The notes below the pieces were generated by a model that searched no databases, was not told the DNA's origin, and saw nothing but the letters and a program-made list of their open reading frames with translations. From the NCBI GenBank assembly GCA_965198265.1, contig CBDAPB010000032.1:2557-66556 (forward strand): DNA of 64,000 nucleotides, written 5' to 3'. The stretch's first letter is position 1. Each line of letters starts with the position of its first letter. Shown piece after piece: positions 42,733 through 51,136 of the stretch. Source of the DNA: Terriglobia bacterium. GTDB lineage: Bacteria > Acidobacteriota > Terriglobia > 20CM-2-55-15. The position numbers and the translations under genes are program-made.

Positions 42733-43941
42733 TCAGCAGGACCTCTCGCGTATCCAGGAAACAAGGCGTCGTGCTATTTCTTGCCAGGCATACCGTTCTC
42801 CGGTTACCGAGGCGCCGTTGCGTCCCAGGCGCGCGATGCGATCAGGGTCAGCAAGCAGGCGCGACATCGAGTCGACGAAACTGTCCAATCGAGCAGTCAC
42901 GAGACCATGCCCCTCTCCACTTAGAAATGGAGTCGTTCCGGGAAGCTCAGTCGCGATGACCGGCTTTCCACACGCTAGATACTGAAAGAGTTTCGTCGGT
43001 AGTATGTCCTTGGTAACCGCATTCAACTCGAACGGGTTGATACACACTTCGCACGACCGAATGATGTCAGGCAACAGTGCGTACGGTAGCAGGCCTGTGA
43101 AAACCACCTCATCCACCACACCTGTTTCCCGACAAAGAGCCTTGAGCCGATCCGCGTCGTCACCTTCTCCGACGATGAGGAGTCGAGCGTTCGGGTGGCG
43201 GGCCAGCAGCGTGGGAAAGTCTCGGATCACCTGATCGAGGCCGCTGAAGGTATAGATCGTGCCCATGAAGAGTATTAGCCGGTGAGAAGGCGCGATTTGC
43301 CATCGAGCCATGAGCTCGTGGTTCGGCAGACCTGGTGAGAACATGTCTCGGTCGACTCCGGAAGGCAGGACTTCGATCCGCTCCTCCGGTACTCCGTAGG
43401 ACTCCACATACGTCTTCAGATGGTGGGTTACGCACGTAATCGCACGTACCCTCTTGTAGACGAATCGTTCGAGCAGTTTCGTGGGCGTCACGAGAAAGGG
43501 GTGCGGTACGAGTCGATGTAACACGTCGATAGAACGGAAAAAGACGGGTACGTCGTATCGTCGAGCGGCTGCCCAAACCTGGAGGCCAACCGTTGGCAGT
43601 CCGTATAGCAGAATGGCGTCGACAGGTTTCGCCCGCAGGGCCCGAACGACCTCCAGAGCAGAGGTAACCGCCCCTGAAACTCTCGAAACGATGGGCATCC
43701 GAATCATGCCCGGTCTCCGAACAGTAACTGATGCATCCGGATAGGCGCGGTGAGTGTCCTCGTGAACCGCAGATCGTAGGACCAACCGGCTGGTGGTCCG
43801 GTCTTCCGCCCAGCTGTCATCGTAGTCCACTACGGTGACGGTGTGCCCCTGCATCGAAAGGATTTCCGGAAGTATCTGGAATTCGTAGATTATTTTCGAC
43901 AGGTAGTTTACCTCGTGAACGATCAGGAGATTCAAACCCAA
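42733..43941 (-). CDS. glycosyltransferase family 4 (GT-B, group 1)
   Basis: The 402-aa protein has the motif LACGKPVIATE and abuts the previous GT4 gene. Confidence 0.8.
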   Translation of the reverse strand: MGLNLLIVHEVNYLSKIIYEFQILPEILSMQGHTVTVVDYDDSWAEDRTTSRLVLRSAVHEDTHRAYPDASVTVRRPGMIRMPIVSRVSGAVTSALEVVRALRAKPVDAILLYGLPTVGLQVWAAARRYDVPVFFRSIDVLHRLVPHPFLVTPTKLLERFVYKRVRAITCVTHHLKTYVESYGVPEERIEVLPSGVDRDMFSPGLPNHELMARWQIAPSHRLILFMGTIYTFSGLDQVIRDFPTLLARHPNARLLIVGEGDDADRLKALCRETGVVDEVVFTGLLPYALLPDIIRSCEVCINPFELNAVTKDILPTKLFQYLACGKPVIATELPGTTPFLSGEGHGLVTARLDSFVDSMSRLLADPDRIARLGRNGASVTGERYAWQEIARRLVSWIRERSC

Positions 43942-44047
43942 ACCTCTCGATCAGACGTTCGGCAAACACGGCGGGACGTCGAGGGCAGGCAGCACACGAT
44001 GTAGTAGGCAGGTATGCGACCGATTGTCGGTGGGATGTCCCCCGCGA

Positions 44048-44998
44048 TCATCCGATCCGCAGGGAGGAGAGTGCATCGCCTATCGTCTCCTCATACACTT
44101 TCTTCATCCAATCCACGGTCCGCGGAATGCCCGCTTCGAGGGTTATCTGGGGATCGTGGCCGAAAGCCTCGCGAGCTTTTTCGATGTCCGGTCTCTTGTT
44201 GACGACATTATGTTTGTCCTCGGGGAGATAGTGTACGAGAGAATCGTCAATTCCAACTTCTTGGAGAATGATGTCGCTCATTTCCTTGACGCTGCGGAAT
44301 TCACTGCCACCTATGTTGTAAACTTCGCCTGGCTCGAAATTCTCCACGACGTTCGACAACGTTGGGATGAAGTCATCGATGTACATGAACACTCGGTGGT
44401 ACCCCATATAAACGTCGTACGGCAAACGATGGAGCGCGCGGTAGGCGAACAGACACACGACGCTTCTGTAGTTGTGGTAGAACTCACCGGGTCCGTACGC
44501 GTTAAAAAAACGGAGTCGGACAACTGGATTCCCGAACCGCTTCTCGAAATTCATCACCTGAATCTCGTTAACCCACTTCGTGACAGCATAGTCGTTGTGT
44601 TGGATGATCGAGTGATTCAGCGGTATGTCTTCCGACAGAATATCCTGGTGTTTGTCCCCGTAAATTTCCGACGATGAAGCGAAAATCAGCTTGAACTTCT
44701 TCTGCTTTTGCAGTTCCAGGATGTTCCGGGTACCGATAACGTTGGTCGTCCACAACGAATCGTAGTATTCCTCGCCGTTGATGCGACCAAATTCCGCGGC
44801 CAGATGGTATACAAAATCGTAATCCTGATCGAAAGCCCGCTCCAATTGGCGGTAGGACGATACGTCGGCTCTGTAGTACTGCTGCTCCGCCTGGTGCTGT
44901 AGGTCCAGACCCCACACCTCATGACCTCGACGCCCAAGCTCCCTCCCTAAGGGTCTGCCCAAGGTTCCCATCACGCCAGTTATCAAGATTTTTGCCAT
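44048..44998 (-). CDS. NAD-dependent epimerase/dehydratase (SDR; UDP-glucuronate decarboxylase / 4,6-dehydratase-like)
   Basis: It has the N-terminal motif ILITGVMGTLG and the catalytic YxxxK (YAVTK). The gene is visibly lower in GC than the window average. Confidence 0.8.
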   Translation of the reverse strand: MAKILITGVMGTLGRPLGRELGRRGHEVWGLDLQHQAEQQYYRADVSSYRQLERAFDQDYDFVYHLAAEFGRINGEEYYDSLWTTNVIGTRNILELQKQKKFKLIFASSSEIYGDKHQDILSEDIPLNHSIIQHNDYAVTKWVNEIQVMNFEKRFGNPVVRLRFFNAYGPGEFYHNYRSVVCLFAYRALHRLPYDVYMGYHRVFMYIDDFIPTLSNVVENFEPGEVYNIGGSEFRSVKEMSDIILQEVGIDDSLVHYLPEDKHNVVNKRPDIEKAREAFGHDPQITLEAGIPRTVDWMKKVYEETIGDALSSLRIG

Positions 44999-45024
44999 CT
45001 AGATCGCTCCTGATCCGCTTTCGC

Positions 45025-47289
45025 CTACCCGCCGAGTTGCTGCCACAGTTGGTTTGCCTCCTGATGTTCCGGTGAGACATCCAGGACAATTCTCAGATGT
45101 TCCCTGGCGACATCCCAATTCGCTCTTCGCATGTAGATTTTTGCCAGGTGCACATGGGTCGAGACATGTTTCGGGAGAATCCGAAGGACTTCCTCGAAAT
45201 GATCAACGGCCTCTTCCAACTGGCCACCCTCCATGTAGATCTGGGCCGCGTTGTGATGGGCCTCGATGAAAAGTGGGTCGACTCGGATGGCCTGCATGTA
45301 CTTCTCGAGCGCGTCGGCGGAACGCCCAAGCCGCCTGAGAGCGTATCCGTAGTTGAACCACGGTAATCTCTTGGACGGGTCGAGCTGAATCGCTAAGTCA
45401 AATTGGTCCGTAGCGGTCTGGAAATCGTCTAGCAGGAACGCCACCTTGCCGAGTATATAACGCGAACGAAATGTCTCCTCCTGCTCGAGCAGTGCCGCTT
45501 GCTCCGCCCAGATTTCCCGACCCTTCCCCAGTTCATAGCTTACGTTGACGTAGCTGTCCAGAGCCGAAAACTGATCCGGATCGATTTCTACGCTCCTTGC
45601 AAAAGCGTCTCTCGCCAGCGTCAGCACTCGCGCCTTTTCTCGCAAGAATTCCTGTTCCGGCATCTGATCTCGTTTCGACCTCAGTTGCTGCCACATGAAC
45701 TGATAGGTCACCCCGAGATTGTTGTAGCCCATGGATTCCTGGACAGGACTCACATCTACAGTCGTCTTGAGAAACGCTTCGGCGGCCTCGTCGATTCTAC
45801 CGAGCCTCAAATAGAGATTGCCAATCGTCTCAAGAAAATCGCGCCGGCCATAAGGAATTCGCTCAAGTCCACGCTCGGCGACTTCCAAAGCCTGTTCATA
45901 TTCCCCACTCTTGAAGTGAGTCATCGCTAGAATGTTGTAGCCACGTGCCTTGTCCGGTGACTTCGAAATGACGTCAGCCCAGAGCCTTCTTTCGTCTCTC
46001 CACACCTCATTACGCAGAATCGTGGCCACCATCAACACCAGGAGCAGTCCAGCACAAGTTTGTACGGTCTTCAGACGAAAGTGGAAACGCTCCTTCACGA
46101 CTCCCCAGACCCGCTCAACGACCAAGGGAAAAGACAAACAAACCCCGACCATCGGCAGGTAGAGCCTATGTTCAAAAATCGTGTCCAAAATCGGAACGAC
46201 GATCGATGTCGGCGCCAGCGTCAAGAAGAACCAGAAGATCGAAAATGAAAAAATCGGTTCTCTTCTCCGGAGGTACCAACCCAGCCCGACCAATACGAGA
46301 ATGACAGCCAGCGACGCTAGCACCGCAGGCTGGGTAAGGAGAAACGAAGGTTTGAAATCGTAATCAACGTTCAGGCCGACGGGCAAGAGAGTGATCTGAA
46401 TATATCGGACAATGACACGTAACTGGGTCAGAAAATAGTTCCACGGCGGCAGATGGCCGACCGCGTCGGCACCCACTGACCCGACCAGGGTGACAGAGAG
46501 CAACCGATAGCCAACTACGACAGCTCCGGCAACGAACGGGAGGTAGAACCTCCAACGAGCAAGTACCGACCGCAGGGAAGCACCGGAAAGGAAAATAAAA
46601 TCGTAGACAAACAAAGTAGCGGGTAGTGAGATAACCGTCTCTTTCGACGCGATACCAAGGAAAAACACGAATGCTACAGCGAGGCTCAGTAAGAACCCGA
46701 TCCTCCGCGTGGGCGTCTTGATAAAGATCAGGACGGCCCCTATGTAGAAAAAAGTGGAGAGCAGCTCCGACCGGCTCGAGACGTAAGTCACGGACTCGGT
46801 CTGGACCGGGTGGACGAGAAAAAAGCCGGCCGCAAGCATCGCGAAGGATCGAGATCGTCGGGAATCCTCCATCACGAGTTCGAGAATATGCCTGGCAACG
46901 AAATAGATCAGGACACCGTTGAGCAGGTGCAGGATGAGATTCACAAGGTGATAGCCCCAGACATCCTGGCCGTGCAAGAAGTAGTTCGCGGCAAAGGTCC
47001 AGTACAGGAGGGAGCGGCCGCTGAGCAGGTTGACGCTAAAGTAATCGCCAAAACGGACCCCCGCGTTTCGTTGTATGGTCAACAGGTCATCGAACACCAG
47101 CGGCACGTCGAAGGAATTCCAGTAAGCCAGGGTTCCCAGGGAAAGCAGGACGAGGATCGGGATGAGATGGGCTGATCCGGGAAAAGTATTCGTTTTGGAA
47201 CGAGCCTTCCGAGGCCTGCGTTTAGCTTTGCTCAAGGCCGGATCCTCTTTCTCAGGAGAAACGCCAGGTTCTTCACGCCGTCGCGCCAC
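45025..47289 (-). CDS. TMTC-like membrane glycosyltransferase (GT-C fold, DUF1736/PMT_2-type N-terminal domain) with C-terminal TPR repeats
   Basis: It has about 10 predicted transmembrane helices. The first-loop motif LVFDDLLTIQRN and the pattern GYHLVNLILHLLNGVLIY are characteristic of TMTC/DUF1736 proteins. The C-terminal 300 aa are TPR-like. A possible TTG start overlaps the GT2 stop. Confidence 0.65.
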   Translation of the reverse strand: MARRREEPGVSPEKEDPALSKAKRRPRKARSKTNTFPGSAHLIPILVLLSLGTLAYWNSFDVPLVFDDLLTIQRNAGVRFGDYFSVNLLSGRSLLYWTFAANYFLHGQDVWGYHLVNLILHLLNGVLIYFVARHILELVMEDSRRSRSFAMLAAGFFLVHPVQTESVTYVSSRSELLSTFFYIGAVLIFIKTPTRRIGFLLSLAVAFVFFLGIASKETVISLPATLFVYDFIFLSGASLRSVLARWRFYLPFVAGAVVVGYRLLSVTLVGSVGADAVGHLPPWNYFLTQLRVIVRYIQITLLPVGLNVDYDFKPSFLLTQPAVLASLAVILVLVGLGWYLRRREPIFSFSIFWFFLTLAPTSIVVPILDTIFEHRLYLPMVGVCLSFPLVVERVWGVVKERFHFRLKTVQTCAGLLLVLMVATILRNEVWRDERRLWADVISKSPDKARGYNILAMTHFKSGEYEQALEVAERGLERIPYGRRDFLETIGNLYLRLGRIDEAAEAFLKTTVDVSPVQESMGYNNLGVTYQFMWQQLRSKRDQMPEQEFLREKARVLTLARDAFARSVEIDPDQFSALDSYVNVSYELGKGREIWAEQAALLEQEETFRSRYILGKVAFLLDDFQTATDQFDLAIQLDPSKRLPWFNYGYALRRLGRSADALEKYMQAIRVDPLFIEAHHNAAQIYMEGGQLEEAVDHFEEVLRILPKHVSTHVHLAKIYMRRANWDVAREHLRIVLDVSPEHQEANQLWQQLGG

Positions 47290-47906
47290 GGCTGCAGTTT
47301 CTTTTCGCCAACCCGCTGCGAGTAGTTGATGAAAATCTCCCTGAAGCCTATTGTCGGATTACGAATGGCTTCGATCTTGATCTCCTCGCTGAAAGCCATC
47401 CCGTCACTGAGCAAGCTCATTCGATCAAGCGAATCCCGTCGGAATACCCACATCCCACTCTGGCTATCATTGACCCAGCGCAAGAACAGAACGGACATCG
47501 TCAGAGACAGGATTCGATTACCGATCCGGTGTTTGAGACCCATCGACTCTCTCGTCAAGGTCGGGAACCGCGACGCCGACAGGAAGCCAACCCCACCATG
47601 CAGGAAGGCCTCGATGAGATAGCTCAACGCGTCGACAGGGTAGGAATGATCGCCGTCGAGTGTGATGACTATGTCTCCGGTCGCAACGGAGAAACCCTTC
47701 TTGTATGCCCGGCCGTAGCCGCGGTGCAGTTCCGTGACAACCAGAGCACCGAGACCCCTGGCTGTCTCTGCCGTCTTGTCGGTTGAGTCGTTGTCGACAA
47801 CGATGGCTTCGTCGACGAACGATGGCAAGGCCTCCAGGACTCGCCGGACCCCCTCCTCTTCGTTCAGACACGGGATGACGACCGTGATACGTCGGCCCTT
47901 GTACAT
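47232..47906 (-). CDS. GT2 polyprenol-phosphate glycosyltransferase (DPM1/ArnC-like)
   Basis: The 224-aa protein has VVIPCLNEEEGV, DNDSTD and TLDGDHSYP (a DxD-type motif). Confidence 0.8.
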   Translation of the reverse strand: MYKGRRITVVIPCLNEEEGVRRVLEALPSFVDEAIVVDNDSTDKTAETARGLGALVVTELHRGYGRAYKKGFSVATGDIVITLDGDHSYPVDALSYLIEAFLHGGVGFLSASRFPTLTRESMGLKHRIGNRILSLTMSVLFLRWVNDSQSGMWVFRRDSLDRMSLLSDGMAFSEEIKIEAIRNPTIGFREIFINYSQRVGEKKLQPWRDGVKNLAFLLRKRIRP

Positions 47907-47909
47907 CAG

Positions 47910-48974
47910 TCAGGGAACGGCTTCTAGTCGGAGGCGGAAGACATAGTCTCGCTTGTTGAACAACGGCTTCTTCAGGACAATGGTTAAACGGTCGGCCACA
48001 GCTCGATCCGCATCCCGTCGCAGATGAATGAACCCTCGTCCACCAGGGGGGATCTCGTCGCTATGACCGAGGATGTCCATCTTGCCGTCGACGCTCACAT
48101 AGGCAACTTGGATCGATTCCTCAGTATTATTGACGATGATGAATCGGTACTCGGCAGGATCGCTGAGCCCTTCCGAGGTCCGTTCCAGGGCGAGAGGTAC
48201 GAACACGCTGCCCTCAACTCTGACAGTGCGTCTTATAGAAACACCCTGGGAATGGATCTCCAGCGGTAGCGGGATGTTGAAGGGGCCATCCCAATCTTCG
48301 GAAGAAACGAGAAGGGCAATATCGCTCGTATCGGAATCGATCAGGCGCGCTGACACGGCGTCGAGAGTCAGGAGCTTCGAAGGCAAAGTCGTGTCGATCC
48401 GCGCGGCGACTGCACCCCTGTATCGGATCGGGACCGAAATCCTCCGGTGCTCTCCTCGAATCAGTGTTCCCAGATCAACATGATCCTGCAAGAGTTCAAA
48501 GTCCAACTCTAACTGTCGCTTCAAGGCGTCGGTGTTGAGCCCTCCCGGGAGATTATCGCTCTCCCAAACGCGACGGAAACCCCGTGTATCGAAGAACCAT
48601 TCGTCACCGACCCATACCCAGTCGTCCTTCACGACGAATTCGCCGGCGGTCGAACCGATCGCTGAGACTGCTCGGACACGGACCCGCACTGTGACCCGGA
48701 AAGGGTCCTCACTCAGGTCGATCCCTACAACACGGGGGGCACGGAACAGCTGTCCCTGCCCTGCCAGGACCCGATTCCTTGCTTCCGGAATGACGTATTC
48801 CTGCGCCTTGATCAGATTCCCCGCTGCAAGCGAGGTTCGAAACTCCTGTGCCCGCTCAAGCAGAGCGTCCAACTGTTGTGGAACAATTAGGCTCTGAGCC
48901 TGGCCAACTGGGCCCGCGGAGAGCAAAAGGCTCAGGATCACTGCCCGAAAACACGATGAATCCTTGGTGATCAT
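47910..48974 (-). CDS. hypothetical secreted protein (354 aa)
   Basis: It has a signal peptide and starts 4 nt after the GT2 gene ends. No family recognised. Confidence 0.5.
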   Translation of the reverse strand: MITKDSSCFRAVILSLLLSAGPVGQAQSLIVPQQLDALLERAQEFRTSLAAGNLIKAQEYVIPEARNRVLAGQGQLFRAPRVVGIDLSEDPFRVTVRVRVRAVSAIGSTAGEFVVKDDWVWVGDEWFFDTRGFRRVWESDNLPGGLNTDALKRQLELDFELLQDHVDLGTLIRGEHRRISVPIRYRGAVAARIDTTLPSKLLTLDAVSARLIDSDTSDIALLVSSEDWDGPFNIPLPLEIHSQGVSIRRTVRVEGSVFVPLALERTSEGLSDPAEYRFIIVNNTEESIQVAYVSVDGKMDILGHSDEIPPGGRGFIHLRRDADRAVADRLTIVLKKPLFNKRDYVFRLRLEAVP

Positions 48975-49080
48975 CGAAACACCGAAAAGAGTAACATCAG
49001 ATGCCGAGGGCTTTCGACCCAGATCAAAAAAGGGGGGGGGCGTATGCCCCCCCCTTCTTCAATGTCAAGAATCGACTCGA

Positions 49081-49917
49081 CTAGAATCCAAGCGATTCGA
49101 GGCCCGTCCTTGGATTTGACGTGGTCTGCCGCACCACCAACATCGGCGAGGCTGACGTAAACGTCGAGAAGTTGGTCACGAACGCTGTGCCGTGCGCCAG
49201 GATAAAGTTCGTCCTTATGAACACATATCCTGTGAAAGCGCCGCTCTGGCTCGCCGCTGTCAGGAGTTCAGACAGCAGCCCAGACCAGGTCCCACCCGAA
49301 GCAAGGGTACCGTCGGTAGCAAACCCGACTCCCGGGGTAGTTCCCGTAGCGGTCGTCAGCGAGAACCAGGTGCCGGCACCCGTCGCGGTCCGCGGGTAGA
49401 AGTCGAAGGTCACGGTCCCGCTCCCTGCCGTCGCACCGCCGTCGGCGTCAGCGAACGGATCCGCGGTCGTGTTCGAAATCGAGATACCCGTGTCAAAACC
49501 TCCGGCCAGACCATCGTAAGTCACAAACGGAACCAGCAGGTTCGTGGTGGCCGCCACAATATCGATGACCGTCACCGCAGCCGTCGCCGCCGCACTGAAT
49601 CGAGGATATCCTCCGGTCACCGTCGGTTGGTCGATCGTTGCAAACGGGGTCGATGACAGAGCGGCACCTTGCGGGGCCATATCGGCAACGCAGGTAATCG
49701 ATGCGGCAGTAAGCGTCGTGCCAGCATCGATCGACATCGCAGTACCCACCGGCGTGTCACCCGCGGCTCCGAGGTCCAGCTGGATGGTCGAGGTCTTGGT
49801 CAGACTGGACGCGGTAATCGTCAACGTGGCTATGTTGGCAGTATCCGTCAGCGTTGTGGGGGCGACTGTGAACGTACTGTCGCTGGAGTTGTCAACCCTG
49901 ATTGGTGTTCGTACCGT
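49081..49917 (-). CDS. Thr-rich ORF in the +1 frame, lacking its own signal peptide and ATG; probably the frameshifted continuation of the preceding gene
   Basis: This frame opens immediately after a stop that lies inside the last codons of the previous ORF, and reads TVRTPIRVDNSSDSTFTVAPTTLTDTANIATLTITASSL... Confidence 0.5.
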   Translation of the reverse strand, partial: TVRTPIRVDNSSDSTFTVAPTTLTDTANIATLTITASSLTKTSTIQLDLGAAGDTPVGTAMSIDAGTTLTAASITCVADMAPQGAALSSTPFATIDQPTVTGGYPRFSAAATAAVTVIDIVAATTNLLVPFVTYDGLAGGFDTGISISNTTADPFADADGGATAGSGTVTFDFYPRTATGAGTWFSLTTATGTTPGVGFATDGTLASGGTWSGLLSELLTAASQSGAFTGYVFIRTNFILAHGTAFVTNFSTFTSASPMLVVRQTTSNPRTGLESLGF

Positions 49918-50668
49918 TCAGTGTTCCCGCTGCGTTCGTTGAAGACTGAGCAGCGGTCCTCCAGGCGTCTGCGGCGCCCTCCGTAATGACAACGGTTGCT
50001 GCTCCGTCACCGATGGTGTTGTTCGTGAAGATCGTCGCGGCACCGAAGCCCGTGCCCCCACTCTCCGCTCCTAGTGCCATACTGGCAATACCTGACACGA
50101 GATTGGTGACGATGGTCGCACTCGTCGTCGACAGTATGTAGTTATTGGCCGTACTACTCAACGACGCTGTTACAGAAGCCGGGGCGGTCAGACCCGTCGC
50201 GTCGATGCGAATACCCACGACCCGGAAAGTACCCGAGTCAGTGTTAGCGGCCGGGAAGGCCCCTGGCAGGGTCAGTTGGATCGTGCCACTAGTGAAATTG
50301 ATCGTGCTTATCGCGGCGCTTGCGAACACACCGGTGGCGCCCTCGATCCGGAGCTGGTCGCCGGCGGGGATTGTGGCGGAGGCGGCGGGCAAAGTGGCAT
50401 CAGTGGGAGAGGATGTGATGTCACCGGGGTATGTGAGGGTCAGCGTTGTGGTTGTTAGAGGGGCACCCGCAATAAGCGATCCCGAAATCAAGATGCCCGC
50501 ACCTAAAGACGTAATGTCCGCGGTTTGTGCGTTTCTGTTGGTCTGAATTTCATTAGTCGACCCATTCGGGAAAAGCTGAATGTTGACCTGGGCGTCCGAC
50601 GTCGGCGCCATTGCCAGCACCATCATCGTGACTACCAGCCCAGATATGATCTTGGACCTCAGTTGCAT
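49892..50668 (-). CDS. Thr/Ala/Gly/Ser-rich secreted protein, N-terminal part carrying the signal peptide
   Basis: Start at MQLRSKIISGLVVTMMVLAMAPTSDAQ. The sequence is low in charge and rich in beta-strand-forming residues. Confidence 0.6.
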   Translation of the reverse strand: MQLRSKIISGLVVTMMVLAMAPTSDAQVNIQLFPNGSTNEIQTNRNAQTADITSLGAGILISGSLIAGAPLTTTTLTLTYPGDITSSPTDATLPAASATIPAGDQLRIEGATGVFASAAISTINFTSGTIQLTLPGAFPAANTDSGTFRVVGIRIDATGLTAPASVTASLSSTANNYILSTTSATIVTNLVSGIASMALGAESGGTGFGAATIFTNNTIGDGAATVVITEGAADAWRTAAQSSTNAAGTLNGTNTNQG

Positions 50669-51049
50669 TTGTTTCTCCTTACGAAAAGTTAGAAGTCTTT
50701 CAACGAGTGCTGTCAAATCCTACCGCCGAGGAAGCCTCACCAGCACCTAACAGGCGGCACCACCCGAAAACTCAACACGAAAAAGCGGGAGCAATACAAC
50801 CTGCCCCGATCATTAAACAAGGGTCGCAAAAACTGACCAGATTATCGCGGTCCAACCCCTTGCCCGGCAACGAGTTGGACAAAAACTTCGGTAACGTAAC
50901 ACGTTGGCTGGCCCCTGTCAAGCAGTTAAGCGCCCTAGAATGATGCCTCTCCGGCCCCTTCAGGCTTTTCGGGAAGGACATCCGTCACCGGCCCAGATAG
51001 GCTGGCGGCAAGGCAACTCGTGCATTTGAGTTGCCAACCGGCGGGAAGT

Positions 51050-51086
51050 CCGGAGAGCTTTCAGCTCAGCAACTTAGTCTCTCCGG
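51050..51086 (-). terminator. hairpin CCGGAGAG...CTCTCCGG with inner GAGCT-gaa-AGCTC, about 50 nt downstream of the gspD stop
   Basis: The stem-loop is visible in the sequence but no U-tract follows. Low confidence. Confidence 0.25.
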
Positions 51087-51136
51087 ATCTGCAAAGATGT
51101 GAGTTCTTCTTACACACCCGCACTCGAACGGTGTGT

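Noticed and set aside
45025-47289. Calling the TMTC-like protein an O-GlcNAc transferase (OGT) on the basis of its TPRs
   Set aside because: OGT is a soluble GT-B enzyme. This protein has about 10 transmembrane helices with the DUF1736/PMT-like DD loop, so the TPRs belong to a GT-C/TMTC-type architecture instead.
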